From positions 1,638 through 65,637 of IMG/VR virus record IMGVR_UViG_3300042460_000519: 64,000 nucleotides of DNA. One strand, 5' to 3'. Position numbers and translations under genes: made by a program. How positions within the stretch are numbered: position 1 is the first letter of the stretch; every line of letters starts with the position of its first letter. The stretch comes from a virus. Lineage: Duplodnaviria; Caudoviricetes. Of this stretch, positions 57,301 to 64,000 are shown piece after piece. Below the pieces are notes generated by a model. The model had not been told where the DNA came from. It worked only from the letters and a program-made list of their open reading frames with translations, and did not search any database.

Positions 57301-60300
57301 AGAGAAGGGAATAAAGATGCTTTATTCAATCCTGAACAATTAACAGGGAATGAAGTGTTTGATAAAGTTAAAGAGAACTATATAAGTAAAGGTAAAGTTG
57401 CTGCATTAGGAGAAAAGAGATATAATGAACTTGTAAAAAGAACTATTAATTCAATAAGAACAAGAGGTATATCATTTAACGCTGATGAAGTGGTAACTAT
57501 AAATGATGAGAATGCTAATTCAAGAGATTATGCTCCAGAACCTTTTTCTGTAGATTGGAAGAAACATTCTACAGGAGCTCTTAAGTTTTTACTTTCTACG
57601 TTGTCAGAAAGAAAAGCATTAAACCAAACTAATGTTGAAAAATTAACACCATTAAAACCTGCTGCATATAGTCTATCTAATGAAGGATTTAAAATATTAA
57701 ACTTTAATAGAGTGTTTTCTACATTGCTAGATAGACTTCACAATACAAATGATCCTGTTGAGTTTACTAATAAGTTTATACAACTTGCAAAAGAAGACTC
57801 AAACTATCTTTCTTTGTTTGTATCATTAGGAGGTAATACAGTTACACATGAATTTGATTTTAATAATTTTGGAGAATCAGATTGGAAATTATTTATACAA
57901 TTCTTTAATACATTCTCTAGACAAAAGCCAGAAGCATTAATTCAATACACGTCTGAAGAAGGAGATGTATATACAGGATCTGCAAATCTATTCACAACAG
58001 TTAAACAAACTACTGATGGATGGATTAATAACATGCGTACTATTGGTAAAGGTGAAGGTGGATTAATTAGCTATGATAAAAAAGTATATAAAATAAACAC
58101 TGTAGCAATTAAAGAATTTAGTTTTAAAAAATCTATAGATCAACTTAAGTTCTTAAATGCACTAGGAATAGAATTTGATCAAGGAACTTATAATGCTCTT
58201 AGTAATAGAGATATTATTATAAAAGGAGATACAACTACAGAGGTAAAAGAATTTAATAAAGCTGTATCTAAAATATATACACAACTAGGGAAGAATAATG
58301 ACCTAATGACATTTGATGCTAAGCGATTAGCTATCAATGGCCCATTGAGAACATTAGCTGAATTGTATACTAGAGTTAATAATCCTAATCAAGATTCTAC
58401 ATATTTTGGTGTAGAAGGACAACGTATTGGTGCTTTCTCAGAAAACAATGCTCCTTCTTATTTTGAGAATACATTTAATGAATCTAAAACATTAACAGAA
58501 CTTCTAGAGAAAATGCCTCAATTAAATGATGTATATTCTAGAGGAAGTGAAATATTAAAACCAGGAGGACTTTTCTTTGATAAAGAAGGAACTAGAATTG
58601 CTGAAATTAAAGTTGGATACATACAGGGAAGTAAAAATTTACTTGATGGAGCAGCAAAGACTACAGCTAAATTATCTAAAGGTCAAAGATTTGTACAAGA
58701 GATAAACCAAAATATTAATGGTAATTACTATGTGCTTATTCCTGGAGATAGTTCAACAGAGTGGATGATGAACTTAGGTAATGTCATTTCTATGGAAGAT
58801 GTTATTGAAGGTAAACATTGGAATAAAGTATACAGTATATATAATAACTATTTGAATGATGAAATTAATTTAGCATTAGCAGATAGAACACAAAACATTT
58901 ATCAAAGAGCTAGGTCTCAAGAACTTAGAATAATGAAAGATGTTCTTCCAAAAACAATTGTTGATAAAATAGAATCAATGATTGAAGGTGGAAAAACTTA
59001 TGATGATATACAAACATACATTTCTGATAATAGAGGAGATATAAATTCTTCTATAAAAGATTTTGTTGAGGATATGTCAAAAGAAACAATTGATATATTA
59101 TTAAACTCTAACCAAATCATGATGGTTGAAGAGGATGAATATGTTATTAATAAATTTGATACAGAGTTTTTAAATAAATATAACTTAGCTGGTGTAATAA
59201 CATTTGATGAGCTATTAAACGTTATAAATTTTGTTAATATAAATTATCAAATAAACAATCAAGAATATCATAAAGTTTTATTTGGAGATCCATATCAATT
59301 CAAAACTGAGAAAGGAAAACTAGATGAAACAAAACGTATTAAATCATTTCTATCTGGAAGAAGAAGAACATTTAATATGACAGAGTATAATAACTTTTTA
59401 AATGACAAATACAATTCTGTAAATGGTATTGAGTTAGATGCTAAGACACCAGGTCATCATAATTATAAATCATATACCAACACTGTTACACTTAACACTG
59501 TAGAGATTGTTGGTAGTATTGCCACTCTTCCTAATATCCCTAAAGAAATCAAGAATGAATTTGCAAAAACAGATGAAACAGATGCAATGTCTTGGTTGAT
59601 GGATAATACACATAAAGAGATTGCTCTTAAAGAAGGACAGTGGTCAGCTCAAGCTGAAGCTTTCCATCAATGGCAAATGGCTTATACAAGAAGAGCATTT
59701 GATAAAAAGAAAATCAAAGAATACACAAGTGACAAACTAAGAGAGCTTGACAATAAACTATTAGCTTCTGATATGCCTAAGCATACTCTTGCTGTGAGAA
59801 AACCTATTGTATCTGGAAATAAGTTTAACAAAACAGAAATAGATCTTGTATTAGACAAAACTTCTCAGATTCCTTTATATTACAATATGGTTGAAGGAAC
59901 TAATCTAGAAGAAATGTATATTCAAATGTTTGATCAAAACATTGGGTATAGTATTGTTACAACTGGTAGAAAGGTGGGAGCAGAAGGATTACACAATGTT
60001 TACAATATAGATGGTACATTTAATACAGAGAAGTTTAATAATGTAACAGAGGTTCCTTGGATAGCATATGGTACACAAGTAGAAACTATGTCTGAAGGAG
60101 AAAAGACGCAGACAAGAGGATCTCAGCTTACAAAACTAGCTAGTTCAGATCTTTATGAAAATGGTGAGGCTATTACTGAAGAAGGTAAGAAAGCATACGA
60201 AAGAAACAATAAAGCATTAAATATGCTTAATGAGAATGCATATAATGAATTACTTAAAAGACTTGGTGTTGTAGATCTTGGAGATACATATGCTCTTGAG

Positions 60301-63300
60301 AACAAACAAATAATATCAGAAACTCTTATGTATGAAATGATGCGTAGAGATCTTTCTGAAAATGCTATTGATACAATTCAATTAAATGAAGATGGTGAAT
60401 TTATTATGCCATTTGAAGCTTCTCCTTCATATACACAAATAAAAAGTATTCTTTATTCTATGGTGAATAAAGCATTAATTTCTCCTGCAATGAGTGGAGC
60501 TCCACACGTACAGGTTCCTGTTACAATGTTTGAGCAAGCTACACAAGGAAGAAGTCTTGCTATGAAAACTGATACAGGATGGGTTAAGATTTCTAAAGCT
60601 AAATATAAAACTCTTACAGAAGAAGAGAAGAAAGATGTAATGCTTACAGATGATACACTTAAGTTCTATGAAGATAAAGATGGTTCACGCTACTGTGAAG
60701 TGATGCTTCCTCATTGGTTTAAAGGTAAGTTTGGAAACAAAACAGATAAACAAATTATTGATTATTTAAATACAGAAGAAGGTAAAAAGATATTAACTGG
60801 TATAGGATTTAGAATTCCTACACAAGCATTATCTTCTGTAGAAGTATTTAGAGTGAAAGGATTTTTACCACAATACATGGGATATACAGTGGTGGTTCCT
60901 TCAGAGATTACTAAAAAAGCAGGAAGTGACTTTGATATTGATAAATTAAACATCTATCTTAAATCTGTATACGTTGATAAGAATGGAAATGTAAAATTAA
61001 TTAAATGGCAAGGTTCTGAACAAGCTACAAAAGATTTCTTCACAAAGGTGTATGATGAATCAACAGAAAGAAAAGCTTTAAAGAAAGCAGAACTTATAGA
61101 AGCTATTGATATATTGATCTATGGATTAGAAGATACTAAAGGATTATTAAATAAGTATGGAGAATACATTCTTTCTATACAAGATAAATATGAAGATCCT
61201 TTTATGTTTAGAGCTGAAATAGAAAAACAATTAGATAGGTTAACTGATTCTAATTTGAATGCTGAAATAAGAACAGCAGAAGTTAATTCAATGTATAAAA
61301 AATCTCTTGAGAATGAATACTATGAATCATTAGAAGAACTTCTTACACTTGAAGAAAACTTTATTAAACTAATTACACCTATAGATGACGCAGGTCTTGA
61401 GAAAATTTCTGAAGTGCTAGACAATGCTAGAGGGTATAGTGAAACAAATGTAAAAGGAAAACTTATTAATAGAAACTTTATGACTAACATGCGTCATGCA
61501 TTCATCACTGGTAAGAGATGGGTTGGTATAGCAGCTGTTAATATTACAAATCTTTCGTTAAGACAGAAGAGTAAAGTGTATTTAGATCCTTCTAAATTAC
61601 CTCTTCTTCCTAAGAATGAACGTAAGTTTGTAAAAGATCTATCTATTGTTCTTCCTCATAATACATTGGAAGTTGATGGACAAACTTATGTTTCTTTATC
61701 AGGAACAAGAACAGCTGATCTTAAACAATTTATTTCACAAAGACTTTCTGGATATGCTACAGCATTTGTGGATATTGCAAATAAACCATTCATCACTAAA
61801 ATTATAAAGAGTGACATAGTAGTTTCTACATTTATGTTCTTAGAATCTATAGGTGCTGGAAATTCAGGAATATATTTCTTGAACCAACCTATTATAGAAA
61901 AGTATTTAGAATACTTAGATGGTATAGGATCAAAAAGTGTTATGGGAAAAGATAATCTTACTTACATAAGAAATATGTTCCCTACAACAGAAAAAGCAAT
62001 AGAAGATGCTAGTATATCTGTAGAAGGATTATTAGGTAATATATCACAATATGCAGAGAAAGGAAAATTTGATGCTGCAAAAAATGCTGAACAACAATTA
62101 ATATTAAATGAGTTTATTAAATATAAAATATTAGCAGATCAGTTATTTAGTTATACACAAGCTACAAACTATGATACAACAAAGTTTGGTAGTTCAGATT
62201 TATATTTCAAAAAGCAATTAGGAACAATTGCTGCAAGTAATTTTAATTTGATTTCTAATGTTAATGACGTATTAGAAAATACATTTATAGGAAAGCAAGC
62301 TGAGTTATTAGGAAAATCATTCAATGCTTTTGGAGCAATAATGAAAACAGAAGATCCTAAGATAAAAGCATACATGATTGATACTCTTAAGAAATATGCT
62401 TCAAGAAAATACATGTCTGCAGATGATTATATGAAGATTGCTAATTTGATTAACAATTCTTTTATAGATTACATTATACAGAATGACAGAACTTATTACA
62501 ATTTAATTAAACCAGAGCTTGTAGATTCTGCAACAGCTGTTGTAACTAAATTAGAAAAAGCTAAACAAAAATATCCTTCTATAAAACTATTACAAGATCT
62601 TGTTCCTGTACTTAGTAATAGAGAAGATGGAGCTAAGTCTATACAATTAAAAGCAAATGTTAAAGATGCATATAGTGAAAACCTATATGTAGGAATGATG
62701 AGAGAATTAAGAGATGGTAACGCAGAACTTAATAGTCTTTATAATGATATTATTAATGTTGCTATATTACAAGGAACAGCTCAATCTGCTATATCTATAA
62801 GAAACATTATTCCTGTAGAAGACTACGCTTCTAAAATTGCTCCTATAATAAACAATCTTCAACCAAACATAAACTTAGAATCTTTTTCTAATGCTATGTT
62901 TGAAAGAAACAATTTTAGCAACAAAGATGTATTTATGGATTATGTTCCTTTTGCAAATCCTTCTAAATTAGAAAGAGATGAAATTTTGGATCCTAATACA
63001 GGAGAAACTGAAATATTGTATTATATACCAGCATTTAAACAAACTAAAGGTTCGCAGAAAGGATTGCTAGTTTTAAATGATAAATATAATTCATTTCAAC
63101 TAGGTTCTGATTTTATTAAAGTTCCTAAAGTGATAACAGCTAGAGATGGAAGTAAAGTTAATATAGCTACAAGAAGAGAAGTTGTAGCTAAAGATTATGT
63201 ATTAATGAAACAAAAAGGATCGCAAGATCTTTATGATGCATATTATTACAAGAAGGTATATACAACTAACTTAGATGAGTATGGCAATCTTATTCCATTA

Positions 63301-63621
63301 ATAACTCCTACTGTTAATAAAGAAACAGGTGAGATTTTATATAATTATTATTATAAACAAGTTAATGTATATGGAGATGGTAATAGAGCTGTAGAATTTA
63401 ATACAAGTTTCACTCCTTCTGTTATTAATAATGGTTCTATAACAATTCAAGAAGAGCTTTCAGATGATGAGATAGTAAATCAATTTGCTCCACAGATTGC
63501 AGAAGAAGTTGTACCTTTACAAACAGAGGAAGTAGTACAAACAGGAGAACAATTAGATTTGTTTACAGAAGAAGACTTAGGTCTTAATACAGATTTTAAC
63601 CAAGATGATTTTAAATGCTAA
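51394..63621 (+). CDS. Giant virion-packaged DNA-dependent RNA polymerase (crAss-like vRNAP)
   Basis: 4075 aa; GFRIPTQ (RIPTQ at 60811-25) and AGSDFDIDKL (DFDID at 60928-42) match the catalytic motif of the phi14:2 gp66-type RNAP. Confidence 0.9.
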   Translation: MPIFDNDLIDNVSNRNYDQEDVNIGSGLGADREIDSQIGLAMPGQYNDSFRGISPEEARFFKGSTIRTPNSPFGMVSKSELLANQRYPLYERGINLENVYGLQQSGLSQLGNGLIKMGAFALGTFGQSFATIPNTISAAKNLSLKDLSNPDGYEASIDDWIKNVEDYFPNYVTEYEKSRGLATAIPFTYGSANFWGDKILKNSGFMVGAIGGAIAQDAIIGAVTEGVGAVPLVAAQLGRASLYLNKLFAGTNKVDKVLDLARAAGKSEKTLLNIERLGQLAAATKLNNGFRYGMSIYGSARTEAAIESRESYRTIKEQLTEQYKIDNFGEDPTPEVIQQIEDYATDAMNTRFGMNMALLTVSNSVQFGNLFKSFTGAQKGITSSALKDFGSAGKVGLKEGTLDTFEKKLPQTFSGKAWEFAKPKAINIFTEGVYEEGGQFATQKGVEDYYTRKYKSGKESWDFVKEAMASTSKGMAEQFGSSEGIESMVIGAITAAITGPVVDRVTGKSKADNQRLNSTLNILNQYGMTGVLSDKYEDTSRSVEIAKQMNEAVNSGNIFKFKNLKSDMFFGFVNSRIPIGMHDVTIEQLNMLKDLPKEEFEKTFGMDFNSSNQSTVSGYVDALITKANNINDISTSLNSTFNNPYSRIIDPKTDDEKVESLKYNMFNNWKTDLANFSYTQQDSNQRIADIQTAISNINPLLTNDLLTLTTSEKGLKELSDAYQQKANLLSESLANLSPAERTAKREEIKKLRTLSEKISIALNSNKIDDAKLFNELINFELAGQDFSQPNNLRIDQSTGLIEYAEDLNKLNARKEQAATSFEDLSTEKGFDKYFAQEEEIQKEKEEQAETITSPDDEKFGFLNKTGKKETAEVGREYQVPGFSTAKVRKAGEQFKVISPTGEITFYDTQIEAKQAADDLNVDFAELTTVKVIGLNEDGTIKVEDLAGNIQNINPSLLKGYEKIQTEEEKLAKDKETLDKELEKLAPTAGSVQSVSPTPGEFIGTDSKAKDVDIVFLATTSPSEDTAGNEANNLPHIKRARTFLNNFKFFKNRNKIKAIIVTPSNVNELGLEGLIQLSYNKNITDPLTEDETNVEKGFMAQVFIIQTPEGNFFVNEKGEKLNKIGEDSDTILDNVVFQTMTSASLFTEGGYTKIRKGQEEQADIALEAYKIFRQELFGQTGYTPYPFAISRGIPNQNIVNGVYEDNHMSDILGPNADKIIAEHNGLIEVVTTGQVENNAELLSFPEGTTLIRFGDLLDFANNKVLTNKQANNVFHVINAMAKDLIAKSSTAKAGKPDYGYITFLKNVLYFKFKGSPTTPSQISIDTATMNFKIGDKSFPFSQIESRKQELMDALQEAFISVNNKTLTDLGTSKEFTEYVADKDGNLTKVVWPNYQSFLLASKNPDGSARSVGETPLITHTAKPTDNTNSYKQKYSYITGTDILPYDKVPVKEAKPAPTQDKNKIGEYEVNTSTPQKFPINSGDILFTATLSPEGEVAVDVKSNQTISDLSTDPVKIKTIDSSLKAKLSPEEIEQFDKTYSNEEKAKLYFKAAITQSLNKTLAEQQATPTAVEEQVVQPIAPPEVVAQQDIEAKKADIEKKVNSLPDNLLFITHITSEGNAVNIFNDNLLMPAGVSSTTGIVTKEQLKQILFDLAEGKSPHRGYLDMFIGAIDRLTLENTNGKSLQDKLENYLDENFIQDVAKTQLPSSLNIGYFTDGVLNTKYDTQIEEKLAEDAPYDPSKIIKEDDAPEFRMVGEDDSSDRMTNSELEAFKEWHAKNVPFIPFEILENIIKRGNITAWGVFENGVAKFVRGGLRGTEYHEIFEAIYADFLTETEKNNLLNEFRNKKGEFIDRQSGKKIAYIDATDKQAKERIADDFADFRLGKLPARSLGESVRNLFKRIMDFFKSFVSKPSMKNELFKAIDSGKFKETKLSERAKALSPEYRAIQGLTEEQTNNYINDMVFQVSRIIFREGNKDALFNPEQLTGNEVFDKVKENYISKGKVAALGEKRYNELVKRTINSIRTRGISFNADEVVTINDENANSRDYAPEPFSVDWKKHSTGALKFLLSTLSERKALNQTNVEKLTPLKPAAYSLSNEGFKILNFNRVFSTLLDRLHNTNDPVEFTNKFIQLAKEDSNYLSLFVSLGGNTVTHEFDFNNFGESDWKLFIQFFNTFSRQKPEALIQYTSEEGDVYTGSANLFTTVKQTTDGWINNMRTIGKGEGGLISYDKKVYKINTVAIKEFSFKKSIDQLKFLNALGIEFDQGTYNALSNRDIIIKGDTTTEVKEFNKAVSKIYTQLGKNNDLMTFDAKRLAINGPLRTLAELYTRVNNPNQDSTYFGVEGQRIGAFSENNAPSYFENTFNESKTLTELLEKMPQLNDVYSRGSEILKPGGLFFDKEGTRIAEIKVGYIQGSKNLLDGAAKTTAKLSKGQRFVQEINQNINGNYYVLIPGDSSTEWMMNLGNVISMEDVIEGKHWNKVYSIYNNYLNDEINLALADRTQNIYQRARSQELRIMKDVLPKTIVDKIESMIEGGKTYDDIQTYISDNRGDINSSIKDFVEDMSKETIDILLNSNQIMMVEEDEYVINKFDTEFLNKYNLAGVITFDELLNVINFVNINYQINNQEYHKVLFGDPYQFKTEKGKLDETKRIKSFLSGRRRTFNMTEYNNFLNDKYNSVNGIELDAKTPGHHNYKSYTNTVTLNTVEIVGSIATLPNIPKEIKNEFAKTDETDAMSWLMDNTHKEIALKEGQWSAQAEAFHQWQMAYTRRAFDKKKIKEYTSDKLRELDNKLLASDMPKHTLAVRKPIVSGNKFNKTEIDLVLDKTSQIPLYYNMVEGTNLEEMYIQMFDQNIGYSIVTTGRKVGAEGLHNVYNIDGTFNTEKFNNVTEVPWIAYGTQVETMSEGEKTQTRGSQLTKLASSDLYENGEAITEEGKKAYERNNKALNMLNENAYNELLKRLGVVDLGDTYALENKQIISETLMYEMMRRDLSENAIDTIQLNEDGEFIMPFEASPSYTQIKSILYSMVNKALISPAMSGAPHVQVPVTMFEQATQGRSLAMKTDTGWVKISKAKYKTLTEEEKKDVMLTDDTLKFYEDKDGSRYCEVMLPHWFKGKFGNKTDKQIIDYLNTEEGKKILTGIGFRIPTQALSSVEVFRVKGFLPQYMGYTVVVPSEITKKAGSDFDIDKLNIYLKSVYVDKNGNVKLIKWQGSEQATKDFFTKVYDESTERKALKKAELIEAIDILIYGLEDTKGLLNKYGEYILSIQDKYEDPFMFRAEIEKQLDRLTDSNLNAEIRTAEVNSMYKKSLENEYYESLEELLTLEENFIKLITPIDDAGLEKISEVLDNARGYSETNVKGKLINRNFMTNMRHAFITGKRWVGIAAVNITNLSLRQKSKVYLDPSKLPLLPKNERKFVKDLSIVLPHNTLEVDGQTYVSLSGTRTADLKQFISQRLSGYATAFVDIANKPFITKIIKSDIVVSTFMFLESIGAGNSGIYFLNQPIIEKYLEYLDGIGSKSVMGKDNLTYIRNMFPTTEKAIEDASISVEGLLGNISQYAEKGKFDAAKNAEQQLILNEFIKYKILADQLFSYTQATNYDTTKFGSSDLYFKKQLGTIAASNFNLISNVNDVLENTFIGKQAELLGKSFNAFGAIMKTEDPKIKAYMIDTLKKYASRKYMSADDYMKIANLINNSFIDYIIQNDRTYYNLIKPELVDSATAVVTKLEKAKQKYPSIKLLQDLVPVLSNREDGAKSIQLKANVKDAYSENLYVGMMRELRDGNAELNSLYNDIINVAILQGTAQSAISIRNIIPVEDYASKIAPIINNLQPNINLESFSNAMFERNNFSNKDVFMDYVPFANPSKLERDEILDPNTGETEILYYIPAFKQTKGSQKGLLVLNDKYNSFQLGSDFIKVPKVITARDGSKVNIATRREVVAKDYVLMKQKGSQDLYDAYYYKKVYTTNLDEYGNLIPLITPTVNKETGEILYNYYYKQVNVYGDGNRAVEFNTSFTPSVINNGSITIQEELSDDEIVNQFAPQIAEEVVPLQTEEVVQTGEQLDLFTEEDLGLNTDFNQDDFKC

Positions 63622-63642
63622 TGGCAATAAAAATAATAAATT

Positions 63643-64000
63643 ATGAGTTGTGATTTAGGTATACAAAGAATAACAAAAAAGGTTTTAAATAATAAACCTT
63701 GGTTTGAATATCAAGAAGGGGATAAATATATTCGTATAATAGATTCTCCTAATGGAAAAATTAATCAAAGCAACTATAAAGGTGTAGCTGATACAACAGC
63801 TAATGCTATTAATAAAGCAATAAATGAGGGTTATAAGAATATAGGAGATATTGCTTATTCTATATTTTTAAATGGAAAAGGTGTTGTGGAATTAAATCCT
63901 TCTAAAAAACAATTAGATTTATTAAATGCTCAAAGAGAAGAAGAAATAGCAGAAATACAACAAGAAGTAGATGAAGAAAATCAAATAAAGGAATTTGATA
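63643..64000 (+). CDS. Start of the next large gene (truncated by window edge)
   Basis: Open frame MSCDLGIQRITKKVLNNKPWFEY... to the end of the window. Confidence 0.7.
   Translation, partial: MSCDLGIQRITKKVLNNKPWFEYQEGDKYIRIIDSPNGKINQSNYKGVADTTANAINKAINEGYKNIGDIAYSIFLNGKGVVELNPSKKQLDLLNAQREEEIAEIQQEVDEENQIKEFD

Noticed and set aside
1-64000. tRNA genes, CRISPR arrays, integrase or transposase
   Set aside because: No cloverleaf, regularly spaced repeat-spacer array or recombinase motif was recognised by eye; tRNAscan-SE and similar tools were not run.

Overview
About 64 kb of an AT-rich crAss-like (Crassvirales-type) podovirus genome in the standard genetic code. The host is probably Bacteroidota/Flavobacteriia, inferred from TTTG-N19/20-TAnnTTTG promoters and A-rich leaders without Shine-Dalgarno sites. 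1-10.2 kb (minus strand): early and replication genes, including the N-terminal part of a family B DNA polymerase running off the left edge, a ParB-like gene preceded by a highly structured non-coding RNA candidate, and many small ORFs. After a divergent control region (10.2-10.55 kb) all genes are on the plus strand: HTH and IHF-like regulators, terminase, portal, scaffold-like protein, major capsid protein and conserved head/neck genes. These are followed by an 8-kb array of Cys-rich modular proteins with mucin-like Thr/Ser linkers, a metallophosphoesterase, tail ring/tube genes, an apparently split tail-stabilisation (muzzle) gene, three cargo proteins and a 4075-aa virion RNA polymerase (DFDID motif). 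Most notable: (i) a combinatorial 'anchor + Thr/Ser linker + Cys module' virion-surface system that also appears in the muzzle and a capsid-block gene; (ii) cargo proteins built as cassettes separated by a recurring [YFAM]-x-x-G-(G) motif; (iii) a 21-bp palindrome at four late-operon promoters; (iv) two structured RNA candidates. All family calls come from motif recognition and gene order; no database search was run.
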